64,000 bases of DNA from Planctomycetota bacterium (GTDB lineage Bacteria; Planctomycetota; UBA1135; UBA2386): the NCBI GenBank assembly GCA_965228735.1, contig OZ245838.1:1216001-1280000 (forward strand), given 5' to 3'. The notes below the pieces were generated by a model. That model did not search any database. It was not told the origin of the DNA and saw only the letters and a program-made list of their open reading frames with translations. Positions 46,143-57,131 of this stretch are shown one piece after another; position 1 is the first letter of the stretch; each line of letters begins with the position of its first letter. A program made the position numbers and the translations under genes.

Positions 46143-48227
46143 TCACACGCTGGCGCCGGCCTTGCCAGCGAGCCTCTCCGCCTGGTCCGTGAGCGCGACC
46201 TGCAGGCTCGTGAAGCCCGCGTACGACACGGTGCGGGCCGAGATCCCGGCCTCGCGTGCGAGCTCGAGCGCCGGCTCGGTCGTCTCGTGCCGGTTCCAGT
46301 GCAGCAGGAGCAGCAGGTCGACCCCGTTCTTCAGCCGGTCCGCGATCGCCGAGACCGTCTTCTGCGGTGACGTGTAGTTCGTCTCGAGCCATTCGGCCTC
46401 GAAGTGCCAATCGTCGGCCAGCTTGGCGAGCCGGCCGTGGTGCCGGCGCTGGCGTTCGTTGCCGCCCACGACGAGAACCTTGGCCGGGCGGCCGAGCGCG
46501 GCCTCGAGGCTGGCCATGGCGCCAGCTCCGCCGGCCGCGGTCGTCGGGCTCGTGCCGCCGAGATCGAGCAGCTTCTCGAGCGCCGCGAGGTCGTCGCTGG
46601 CGAGTTCGGGGTTGGTGCACGCGACCTCCTCGAGCAGACCGTGCGCCTGGCGCAGCGACTCCTCGTCCTTGCGCGCCCGCAGCGACCGCGCGATGGCGAC
46701 CATGAGCTGCGCGCGTTCGTAGTCGCGACCTTCCATCTCCTCGAGCACGGCGACGAGCTCGACCTTGATCTCCTGGTGATCGAGCGCCTGCCCGATGAAC
46801 TCCTCGGTGTGCAGCAGGTTCTCGAGCACGTCGAACTTGCCGCGCTGCATCAGCAGCTCGCGGATCTCGCCGAAGCACGAACGGGCGGCGTCGCGGTTGC
46901 CGCGCATGTTGTGCGCCGTCATCACGACGCGCAGCGCCTCGAGGCGCTGGTCGAGATCGATCGCGACCTCGAGCACGCGTTCGGCGGCCAGCAGCGCCGC
47001 GTCGGCTTCGCCGAGGCCCTGGTATTCGAGCGCCACGAACAGCAGCTGGTCGGGTGACGTGCCGCGTCCCACATCGACGGCGTCGAGGAAGCGCAGCGCG
47101 AGCTTGCGGTCGTGCTTCTTGAGCTCCTCGTGCACCGAGTAGAACGTCTCGAGATCCGGCTTGACGGTCTCGAGCGCCTGCTCCATGAGTTTGAGCGCGC
47201 GGGTCGTCTCGGTCGCGTCGCCGAGCGCGAGCAGCGCTGCGGCCGCGAAGAAGCGCGCGCGGTGGCGCAACACGACGTCGCGGCCCTCGAGCCGGCGCAA
47301 CCCGCCGAGCGCGCGCTCGAAGCCCTTGGCGGCGACCGTGAGGTCTCCGCTCTCGTACGCGAGCAGCGCGCGCAGGTAGAGCGCTTCGGGCACCGCGAGG
47401 TCGGGATCGTCGGCGACGTGCTGCAGGCGTTCGAGAACGGCATCACGTTCGGCCCGCTCCTGGTGCGGCTCGACGGTCTCGACGTCGTGCTCCCGCATCG
47501 CGGCGAGCGCAGCCGTGACGTTCGCGGCGCTCGTGATCGCCGACGGTTCACCCGCGAGCTCGATCGCCTTCTCCGCGGTCTCGATCGCCATGTCCCACTC
47601 GCTCGCGGCGAGCAGGCGCTCGGCCAAGGCGCGGTGATAGCGTGCCTGCACGTCGTCCGGGAGCCGGTCGAACGACGCGAGCCCGAGGATGCGCCCGAGG
47701 ATGGACGCGGTGCTCTCCTGGTCGTCCGTGTCGACGCGGGTCTCGAGGCGCGTCAGCAGGTCCGTCACCGCGGCATCGACGATCGTCTGCAGCTGCGGGC
47801 TGCTCTCCGCCGCGAGGAACTGGATCGCGCGCACCGCGGCCTTGACGTCCCCCGACCAGAACAGCGACCGAACGACGAGCGGCAGCACGTTCCCGGCGAC
47901 GCTCGCGTCGGTCAGCAGATCGAGCAGCGTTTGCGGATTCTTGACGATCTCGGCGATCTCCTCGCGATGGCCCTTGCGGTCACACGCGCGCAGTTGACCG
48001 TAGAGCGCCCACCGCCGGGTCTCGTCGTCGCTCTCGGGTTGCGGCAACTCGATCTCGAGCAGCCGCGTCGCATACCCACCGAGGAACGCCGCGCCGGCGG
48101 TCGCGCCGGCGAGCGCGACGTAGTCGGCGAGTTGCTGCGTCACGGCGTCGACCTTCTGCTCGCCCTTCTCGGCGGCATGGATCTGTTGCAGAAGCAAACG
48201 AACGAGCGGGGTTTCCCAGACCATCAT
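46143..48227 (-). CDS. TPR-like helical protein with a C-terminal DUF2325-like alpha/beta domain
   Basis: Long helical repeats; C-terminal KVLVVGG...DLLLLLHWNRH...ELAREAGI segment. Confidence 0.7.
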   Translation of the reverse strand: MMVWETPLVRLLLQQIHAAEKGEQKVDAVTQQLADYVALAGATAGAAFLGGYATRLLEIELPQPESDDETRRWALYGQLRACDRKGHREEIAEIVKNPQTLLDLLTDASVAGNVLPLVVRSLFWSGDVKAAVRAIQFLAAESSPQLQTIVDAAVTDLLTRLETRVDTDDQESTASILGRILGLASFDRLPDDVQARYHRALAERLLAASEWDMAIETAEKAIELAGEPSAITSAANVTAALAAMREHDVETVEPHQERAERDAVLERLQHVADDPDLAVPEALYLRALLAYESGDLTVAAKGFERALGGLRRLEGRDVVLRHRARFFAAAALLALGDATETTRALKLMEQALETVKPDLETFYSVHEELKKHDRKLALRFLDAVDVGRGTSPDQLLFVALEYQGLGEADAALLAAERVLEVAIDLDQRLEALRVVMTAHNMRGNRDAARSCFGEIRELLMQRGKFDVLENLLHTEEFIGQALDHQEIKVELVAVLEEMEGRDYERAQLMVAIARSLRARKDEESLRQAHGLLEEVACTNPELASDDLAALEKLLDLGGTSPTTAAGGAGAMASLEAALGRPAKVLVVGGNERQRRHHGRLAKLADDWHFEAEWLETNYTSPQKTVSAIADRLKNGVDLLLLLHWNRHETTEPALELAREAGISARTVSYAGFTSLQVALTDQAERLAGKAGASV

Positions 48228-48370
48228 TGGAGCAGACCTCCACAGTTGGATCCGTAGCGGCGAGATCCGCTACACCCCGGAGCTATCGGCTGCCGCTGTG
48301 GGTTCTTCCCAACCGGACCGCGTGGCCGCGGTGCCATCGGCCGAATGAACGCCGCGCTGGCGCGCGGCCC

Positions 48371-50086
48371 CTACCCGAGCAGCGCGCGGGCGTCGGCCGG
48401 CAGCACGACGACCGGCCCGGCGAACCGAGGTCCGTCGGCGAGCGCGCCGAGCAGGAGGTCGCCGACGCAGAGCTGCGCGAGCACGTCGCCGTCGACCTCG
48501 AGCCAGTGGCCGTCGCCCTCGTCCGTGCGCATGCCGAACCCGTCGCCGAGGATCTCCTCGATCTCGAACATCGCCGGGCGCGAACCCGCGGCCTCGGGCG
48601 TGGAGAGCTTGCGGCCGGCGGTGGTGAGGCGGTCGAGCTGATCGAGCAGCGCCCCGCGGCAACCCGTGAGCTGGTCCTCGACGTCGAGCTCCTGGGTCGT
48701 CTTCACCCACGCGTAGAACTGCTCGAACGCCGCATAGGCCGCGCGCACCGCCCCGCTCCGTTCGGCGGGCGGCGCGCCGAGGAATACGTGCAGCAGAACG
48801 CGCATGAGGTCCTCGCCCGTCACGAGGTCGAGGTCGACGCGCGGAACTGCGGCGTTGCCCTGCAGCTCGACCCAGGTGCGCAGTGTCTGCTGCACCACCT
48901 CGTCGGGCTCGGTCTCCCACAGGAACTCCTCGACGAGCGGCGTGAGATCGCCCCCACCCGGCCGCGCCGCCGATTCGTCGCCGTCGGCGGCCGGTCCGTC
49001 GAACGGGTTGCTGCCGTCGTCGGCGCTGCCGGGTTCGAGGCCCGCCATCTCCTCGAGCTCCGCGAACACGCCGTCGAGGTCACGCGAACTGCGCAGGCCG
49101 TCGTCGAGGTGACGCACCATGCGCTCCCCCAGCGTCTCGCCGGGCGGTCCCTCGGATCGCTCCGCCCGGCCCGCATCACCGGCCGGGCCATCGGGCCGCT
49201 GCACCTCGGGGTGGTGCGAATTCCAGATCTCGAGCAGGACGCGCCGCACCGCGTCGAGGTCGGCCTCGGTCTCGAACGCGACCTCGTCGAGCAACGGCCC
49301 CATCACGACACCCGGACGTTCGGTCCGCGCGAGCCGTTCGCTGATCTCGGTCGCCGACCACTGGCGATCGTCGCCCGCGGTCCGGTAGTTCTGCAGCAGC
49401 CCGTCGAGGCGCGCCTCGAGCCGCTCGAGCGGCTCGCCCACGGGCGCTGGCTTCGCGGTGCCGGTGGCAGTCGCTCGCGCCGCCGATCGCGCTGTCGATT
49501 CCCGCTCGGCCCGGTCGCGTTCTCGCTGCGCCTGCTCCTGCGGACGCAGCAGCACGTGTTCGAGCTCGACCTGCTGCAGCCGCCGATCGAGTTCGAGCCG
49601 CTGGACGTCGTGCGCGAACGCCTCGCCGAGCGAGCCACCGGGCCGGAAGATCGACGCGACCGTCGACGGCAACCAACGGCCCGTGCCGACCACGTAGAGC
49701 CGCCCCACCACGAGATCCCCCACCGCGAGCGACCCGGTCGGCACGACGAGGTCGAGCATCTGGTCGTCCTGCAGGTCCTTGGCCGTGGCGCAGTCGGTCG
49801 CCACACCGACGACCGCGAACGCGCCCACGAGCGAGCCCGCCACGGACTCGTCGGCATCGAGGCGAGTCACATCGGCGGGGACGTCACCGAGCACTTCGCT
49901 CTGCCGCTCGAGGACGAACCACTCGAGGAACCGCCGTTCGGCCGCCGCGTGCGCCGCCACGGCACCCTCGCCGTGGAACTCGCGCCGGGCGCGTTGCAAC
50001 TCGGCCTCGATGTGGGGCTCCGCGAGCACGCGCTCGACCAGCGCCGTCAGCGCCGCGTCGATGGCTTGCTGCTCGTTGTCGTCCAT
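48371..50086 (-). CDS. Acidic multidomain hypothetical protein
   Basis: Strong coding bias from ATG 50086 (MDDNEQQAID). A duplicated L.VGDL..G.L motif occurs near both ends. Confidence 0.7.
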   Translation of the reverse strand: MDDNEQQAIDAALTALVERVLAEPHIEAELQRARREFHGEGAVAAHAAAERRFLEWFVLERQSEVLGDVPADVTRLDADESVAGSLVGAFAVVGVATDCATAKDLQDDQMLDLVVPTGSLAVGDLVVGRLYVVGTGRWLPSTVASIFRPGGSLGEAFAHDVQRLELDRRLQQVELEHVLLRPQEQAQRERDRAERESTARSAARATATGTAKPAPVGEPLERLEARLDGLLQNYRTAGDDRQWSATEISERLARTERPGVVMGPLLDEVAFETEADLDAVRRVLLEIWNSHHPEVQRPDGPAGDAGRAERSEGPPGETLGERMVRHLDDGLRSSRDLDGVFAELEEMAGLEPGSADDGSNPFDGPAADGDESAARPGGGDLTPLVEEFLWETEPDEVVQQTLRTWVELQGNAAVPRVDLDLVTGEDLMRVLLHVFLGAPPAERSGAVRAAYAAFEQFYAWVKTTQELDVEDQLTGCRGALLDQLDRLTTAGRKLSTPEAAGSRPAMFEIEEILGDGFGMRTDEGDGHWLEVDGDVLAQLCVGDLLLGALADGPRFAGPVVVLPADARALLG

Positions 50087-50175
50087 CCGCGCAAGGCTCG
50101 CAGGCCGCGCCCCGATTTGCAAACGGGGGCGCCTCCGGACTCGCCTCCGGAAGGCCGGAACGGCACAATGGGGCC

Positions 50176-51045
50176 GTGGTCGGTCAGACACTTTGGCGCG
50201 TGCCGCGGCGCGTTCCGCAGGCGCCCGGAGGCCCGCTCCAGCAGGGCGGGGCGGAGTCCCCCGCGGTTCTCGAGGGTGCTGGCGGTGGCGATGGCACCGC
50301 GGCGACGGAGACCGTGCCCGACATCCTCGCGGCGCTGCAGGCCCTCGGCTGGGTCGACCTCACGGCGGTCGCCCTGCTGCTCGTGTTCTGCGTGATCGGC
50401 CTCTTCAAGGGCCTGTTCTGGCAGATCAGTCGCATCGGCATCCTGCTCGTCGCCTACGCGGTGGCCGGCCGCTTCGGCGGCGATGTCGGCACCTGGCTCG
50501 CCCACGATCTGGCGCGCTCCGGGGCCGACCGACCCGCGACCGTGCCGAACGCCGACGGCAGCGCGACGACCCTCGGCGCGGGCCCGGACACGATCGTCTA
50601 CCTGTCGTACCTGCTGGTGTTCCTCGGCGTCGTCATCGTGCTGAGTCTGATCGCGATGCAGGTGCAGAAGATGCTGAGCAAGTCGGGGATGACGTTCTTC
50701 GATCGCCTGTTCGGCGGCGTGTTCGGTGTCGCCACCGGTGCTTGCACGGTGCTCGCGCTGCTGTTCGTCGTGAACATGTTCTTCCGCGAGACGCACCTCG
50801 GCACCGTCGTTCAAGCCTCACACTCACAGCGGCTGTCGCGTGACGCGATCAACTGGCTCGGCCCACGCGTGCCTGACGAGCTCCGCGGCGCGCTGTACCT
50901 GACCCCGCTGCGGGCGCGCCATCGGCCCGGGGGCGGCGGCCCCGCGGACGGCGACTTCGCACCATCACGGCAGGGCCCCGGCAGTCCTGAGCCCGCGATC
51001 ACGCCGCCCGCGACGCCCCCCGAGAACACGGGCACCGGGCGCTGA
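50176..51045 (+). CDS. cvpA: CvpA (colicin V production) family membrane protein
   Basis: WVDL...GLFKGLFWQI and DRLFGGVFG motifs; CACAAT lies 6 nt before GTG 50176. Confidence 0.85.
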   Translation: MVGQTLWRVPRRVPQAPGGPLQQGGAESPAVLEGAGGGDGTAATETVPDILAALQALGWVDLTAVALLLVFCVIGLFKGLFWQISRIGILLVAYAVAGRFGGDVGTWLAHDLARSGADRPATVPNADGSATTLGAGPDTIVYLSYLLVFLGVVIVLSLIAMQVQKMLSKSGMTFFDRLFGGVFGVATGACTVLALLFVVNMFFRETHLGTVVQASHSQRLSRDAINWLGPRVPDELRGALYLTPLRARHRPGGGGPADGDFAPSRQGPGSPEPAITPPATPPENTGTGR

Positions 51046-51097
51046 ACGATTCGGCTTGCCAACGCCATTGGTCCGCCCGACGATCGTGCGTCGAAAT

Positions 51098-52765
<1,668 letters not shown>

Positions 52766-52800
52766 GCCGACGAGTCGACCGCGCTGACGCCGGCGCTGAC

Positions 52801-54000
52801 TCAATCGGCCTCCGTCGACATCCGCGGCAGCTCGACCCAGAACGTGCTGCCGCGGCCAACCGCGCTGCGCACGCCGACGTCGCCACCGATGCCGCGGACG
52901 GTGTTCTTGACGATCGACAGTCCGAGGCCCGTGCCCCCGAGTTCGCGCGAACGCGCGCGGTCGACGCGGTAGAAGCGCTCGAACACTCGCCCCTGATCTT
53001 CCGGCGACAGACCGATGCCGGAGTCTGCGACCTCGAGGCGACACCCGTCGCCATGCGACCGCAACGTGACGTTCACCGTGCCGCCCTCGGACGTGTATTT
53101 GATCGCGTTGTCGACGAGATTGCCGACGACCTGGCGCAGCCCCTCGCGTTCGGCGCGCACGAAGAGCGGCCCATCGGGCAGGTCCGCAGCCAGCTGGATG
53201 CCCTTGCGCTCGGCGAGCGACGCGAGGTCGCGCACCGTCTCCTGGGTCACGATCCTGAGATCGCACGGCTGGAAGCGCTCGCGGCCGACCTCGACCTCGT
53301 CGAGCCGCGACAGCGTCAGCAGATCGCCGACCAGCGTGTTGAGGCGCTCGCTCTGCGTGCTGATGCGTTCGAGGAAGCGCTTGCGCGTCCCCGCCGGCAT
53401 CTTCGGATCATCACGCATGGTCTCGACGAAGCCCTTGATCGCCGCGAGCGGCGTCTTGAGCTCGTGCGACACGTTGGCGACGAAGTCGCGCCGCATCGAC
53501 TCCAGGCGCTTCAAGCGACTCTCGTCGCGAACCGATACGACGTAGCCGAGCCCACCGAGCGACCGCACGCGGACCGCCAGACTGCGCTCTTCACCGCGCT
53601 CCGCATCGACGAGTTCGAACTCCACCGCGGGCGCGTCACGCTCCCCGCTGGCCCGGCCGAGGTCCTCGAGCGCGACCTCGAGCTGACCCCAGGGCAACAC
53701 GTCGGCGAACCGATGGCCGCCGGGCTTGCGCTCCGCGAGTCCGAGGAGATCCCGCGCGGCCTGGTTCCACTCGACCACCCGCCGGTCGACATCGAGCAGC
53801 AGAACGGCGTCCCTCGTGCCGGCGAGACCGGCACGGAGACGCGCGGTCTCCATGCCGCGGCGATAGACCTCCTGCTGGAGTTCTTCGATCCCGGCGGTCA
53901 GCTCCGCGACCGATTCCCGGTCGCCTCGACGCGCCCGCACCTGCAGAAGCAGCAGCGCAACGGCCACTCCGAAGAGGGCCCCGAACACGCCGGCCATCAT
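52801..54000 (-). CDS. phoR: PhoR-like sensor histidine kinase (TM, PAS, HisKA, HATPase)
   Basis: RRDFVANVSHELKTPL, NLVDNAIKY, DSGIG, FERFYRVDRARSR and GGTGLGLSIV motifs. Confidence 0.85.
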   Translation of the reverse strand: MMAGVFGALFGVAVALLLLQVRARRGDRESVAELTAGIEELQQEVYRRGMETARLRAGLAGTRDAVLLLDVDRRVVEWNQAARDLLGLAERKPGGHRFADVLPWGQLEVALEDLGRASGERDAPAVEFELVDAERGEERSLAVRVRSLGGLGYVVSVRDESRLKRLESMRRDFVANVSHELKTPLAAIKGFVETMRDDPKMPAGTRKRFLERISTQSERLNTLVGDLLTLSRLDEVEVGRERFQPCDLRIVTQETVRDLASLAERKGIQLAADLPDGPLFVRAEREGLRQVVGNLVDNAIKYTSEGGTVNVTLRSHGDGCRLEVADSGIGLSPEDQGRVFERFYRVDRARSRELGGTGLGLSIVKNTVRGIGGDVGVRSAVGRGSTFWVELPRMSTEAD

Positions 54001-54071
54001 GGACGCCTCCCGGGCCCGGCCCTCGGCGCCAATGCGGTCTCGCGGTGTTCGGTCTCTTCGTGGCTCAGCGG

Positions 54072-54773
54072 CTACCTCGCAGCGTCGGCGAAACGATAGC
54101 CGACACCCCGCACCGTCTCGATGAGTGTCTGCTCCTCGCCGAGTTTCTGGCGCAGCGCCCGGACGTGAACATCGATGTTGCGGTCGGTCACGATCGCGTC
54201 CTCGCCGATCACGCGGCTGAGGAGATGAGACCGCGGAAAGACGCGACCGGGATGCGACGCGAGGACGTGCAGGAGCCGCATCTCGGTCGGCGTCAGCGAC
54301 AGCAGACGGTCACCGAGTTGGGCTTCGTGCCGACCGAGGTCGATCGTGAGATCACCGCGGACGACCCGATCCGAGGCGCCGCCGCTGTCCTCCCGCAGGG
54401 GCCCGCGGCGCAACACCACCTTGACGCGGGCGACGAGCTCGCGCGGACTGAACGGCTTGGCGATGTAGTCGTCCGCGCCGATCCCTAGACCCAGGATGAT
54501 GTCGCTCTCCTCACCCTTGGCCGTCACCATGATGACGGGGATCGAGCGCGTGACCGGATCACTCTTGACGGTCCGGCAGACCTCGACGCCGTCCATGCCG
54601 GGCAGCATCAGATCGAGGATCACGAGATCGGGGTTGTCGGTCCGGATCCGACTCAACCCCTGTTCACCGTCTCGACACGCGATGACCTTGTGGCCCTCGC
54701 GTTCGAGGTTGTACTGCATGACTTCGAGGATGTCCGGCTCGTCCTCGATGACCAGGATCTTGGGCTTTACCAC
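54072..54773 (-). CDS. phoB: PhoB/OmpR-family response regulator
   Basis: ILVIEDE, LDLMLPG, GADDYIAKPFSPREL, RNIDVHVRALRQKL and ETVRGVGY motifs. Start taken at GTG 54773. Confidence 0.85.
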   Translation of the reverse strand: MVKPKILVIEDEPDILEVMQYNLEREGHKVIACRDGEQGLSRIRTDNPDLVILDLMLPGMDGVEVCRTVKSDPVTRSIPVIMVTAKGEESDIILGLGIGADDYIAKPFSPRELVARVKVVLRRGPLREDSGGASDRVVRGDLTIDLGRHEAQLGDRLLSLTPTEMRLLHVLASHPGRVFPRSHLLSRVIGEDAIVTDRNIDVHVRALRQKLGEEQTLIETVRGVGYRFADAAR

Positions 54774-54848
54774 GCGCTTCGTTGCAGGGCCGATGGAAAG
54801 GAACGACCTCACCCTAGCTCGACCGGCAAAGATATCGTTAAGAGGCCG

Positions 54849-55490
54849 TCAAGCTTGTTTCGTCAGGTTCGCCGGGCCGGATTCGGTCGCCGCGAAGCAG
54901 AGCCGCAGGCCCTCCGTAGCCTCGATGCGAAGGTCCGGTCGGGCGCCGCCGAGCGCCTGCGCGAGCGCCCCGGCGAGCTCGCTCCACGCGAGCGGAAACG
55001 GCAGTTCACCAGCCGCCGGCACGAACGAGAGCGCCACCTGCACGACACCCCCACCCGCCGTGAGCCGCACGCGCACGCCGCCGGTCGCCCCGACCGGCAG
55101 CGCCTCCGCGAGCAGCCGAATGGCGATGACGACGGCCGGACAGAAGCTGCCGGCGTCCACCTCGTGCCGCGTCGACGGACCGGACGCGCCCGCGCATTCC
55201 GGCAGCGCGAGGGTCAGGGTCTGACCGCGTTCACGCAGTTGCAGGCGGGTGAGGTCGGCGATGACCTCGAGCAGATCCCCGGCCGGCTGCGGCGGCTCCC
55301 AAGAAGGCCCCATCAAGGCCCGGGCAACCCGCAGAGCCGCAGTCGCGCGGTCGGTCGCGGCGAGGACGGTCGCGTGCGGGACGGGCCGATCGGGCAACTG
55401 CGCCAACCCCTGCATCGTGAAGATCGCGTTACCGATGCGGTGCACGAAGCCCGGCATCACGAACGCCAGCGTTGCAGGGTCGGACGTCAT
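54849..55490 (-). CDS. Small histidine-kinase-like protein (H-box present, ATPase motifs degenerate)
   Basis: PGFVHRIGNAIFTMQGLAQL resembles a DHp H-box helix; there are no recognisable N/G1/G2 boxes. Same strand as, and directly upstream of, the phoB-like gene. Confidence 0.5.
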   Translation of the reverse strand: MTSDPATLAFVMPGFVHRIGNAIFTMQGLAQLPDRPVPHATVLAATDRATAALRVARALMGPSWEPPQPAGDLLEVIADLTRLQLRERGQTLTLALPECAGASGPSTRHEVDAGSFCPAVVIAIRLLAEALPVGATGGVRVRLTAGGGVVQVALSFVPAAGELPFPLAWSELAGALAQALGGARPDLRIEATEGLRLCFAATESGPANLTKQA

Positions 55491-55546
55491 GGTTGTTCGT
55501 CCCTTCATATCGTGACCCCCGGCCGAGTTAACGACCAGAATCGCCA

Positions 55547-55620
55547 GCCCCCGGAATCGCTGCCCCCGGAATCGCTGCCCCCGGAATCGCTGCCCCCGGA
55601 TCACTGCCGCCGGAATCGGC
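55547..55620. repeat. Tandem repeat of 15-bp GCCCCCGGAATCGCT (3 exact and 2 degenerate copies)
   Basis: Units at 55547, 55562, 55577, 55592 and 55606. Confidence 0.9.
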
Positions 55621-55640
55621 CCGAGCCCGGCAGATGGTCC

Positions 55641-56957
55641 CTACGGGAACTCGCCAGCGCGCGCGCGCGACATCTCGCTGAGCGTGGCGCGCAGCGGCCC
55701 GAGCGGTCGGTCGTCGCGAACGACCTCGAGCGCGAGCTCGCCGCCCGGTCGGCCCTCGACGATGCGCTTGTGCAGCGCCGACGCATCGGCCACCGGGGCC
55801 CCGTCGACGGCGACGACGAGATCGCCGCGCAAGAGCCCCGCGCGTTCGGCCGGCGCGCCCGGCACGACGCGCACGATGCGCGCCCCGCCGCCCGGGTTGC
55901 CCGCCGCGTCGAGGCGTCGACTCGTCGCGAACTCGATGCCGAGGTAACCACGCCGAACGACGCCGTCCTTGCTGCGCTCGACCTCGGTCAGCGTCCACTT
56001 CAACGTGCGGCTCGGCACGGCGAACGAAATGCCCTCGGCGTCGGCCGCGGCCTGGGTCGTGACACCGACGACCCGACCCGAGACGTCGAGGACCGGACCA
56101 CCCGAGCTCCCCGGGTTGACCGGCGCGCTGATCTGCACGAAGTCGTTCGTCACCCGCAGATCGTTGTGCGGCAGGTGACGCCCGACGAAGCTCACGACGC
56201 CCGCCGTCACCGTCTGGGAGAAGCCGTAGGGATTGCCGAGCGCGACGATCCAATCCCCGGCGCGGAGGTCCTCGCTCGCGCCGAGCGGCAACGCCGGCAG
56301 GTCGGCCGGCACCTCTCGGAGGCGCAGCACGGCCAGGTCGGTCGCCTCGTCCTCACCGACGAGATCGGCGCGGAACGCACCGTGACCCGGCACGACGACG
56401 TCGATCCCGCGCGCGCCGAGGACGACGTGGCGACTCGTCACGACCAGACCGCGCGCGTTGACGAGAAAGCCCGAACCGTTGCGGTAGCCGACCTCGGGCT
56501 CGAAGACGGAACGGGCAGCCGCATTCGCTGCATCCGTGCGAATTGCCACGTCCGAGTCGGTCGCCGCGTCCACGTAGGGTCCGGCCCCGGCGCTCGCGGC
56601 CGGTTCGCCAGCCGAGGCGTCGAGGTCCTCGCCGTTCGGCGGAGCCCCGGCCTCGCTCGCGAAGAGCGCGCTCGCCGGCACGAGTCGCGCCCGCACGCTC
56701 ACGACGCCGGGCCGGGCCGCGGCGACGATGTCGGCGAACGACGTCAGCGTGCCAGCGCGTTGCGCGGCGCCGTCGGCGCGGGTTTCGGACTCCTGCCACA
56801 CCGCCGGCCGCTCGGTCGTTCGCGTCCAGCGCCCGACCGCGATCCCGAGGCCGAGGCACGCGATCCCGGCGAGCGCGGCCCGCCAGCCGAATCGCCCGAC
56901 CCAGCCAGCCCGCGGCGCCGTCGGCGCCGGTTCGTCGGTCCTGTCACGCCCGTCCAC
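55641..56957 (-). CDS. HtrA/DegP-like trypsin serine protease with one PDZ domain
   Basis: TM anchor; GSGFLV, TSRHVV, TDLAVL, NPGSSGGP and RGYLG motifs plus a PDZ domain. TAACCT lies 7 nt before GTG 56957. Confidence 0.92.
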   Translation of the reverse strand: MDGRDRTDEPAPTAPRAGWVGRFGWRAALAGIACLGLGIAVGRWTRTTERPAVWQESETRADGAAQRAGTLTSFADIVAAARPGVVSVRARLVPASALFASEAGAPPNGEDLDASAGEPAASAGAGPYVDAATDSDVAIRTDAANAAARSVFEPEVGYRNGSGFLVNARGLVVTSRHVVLGARGIDVVVPGHGAFRADLVGEDEATDLAVLRLREVPADLPALPLGASEDLRAGDWIVALGNPYGFSQTVTAGVVSFVGRHLPHNDLRVTNDFVQISAPVNPGSSGGPVLDVSGRVVGVTTQAAADAEGISFAVPSRTLKWTLTEVERSKDGVVRRGYLGIEFATSRRLDAAGNPGGGARIVRVVPGAPAERAGLLRGDLVVAVDGAPVADASALHKRIVEGRPGGELALEVVRDDRPLGPLRATLSEMSRARAGEFP

Positions 56958-57131
56958 GGGGCCCAGGTTACCGCATCGCAGCGGGGGCGCCCAGCGCCGA
57001 CGCGCCGGGAGGTTCGCCCGATGTCCGGGTCGTGACGCTGCCCTGGACCGGGGCGCCGTCGGACCGTATCCACGAGGTCTACGGCGGTCGAACTCACCGA
57101 ATCGCCACCCCGCCCGATCGCCACGCTGCCC

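Noticed and set aside
54774..54860. Pho box upstream of the phoB-like gene
   Set aside because: I found no convincing 11-bp-period direct repeat. The phoB/phoR names rest on protein motifs only, and no pst genes are present.
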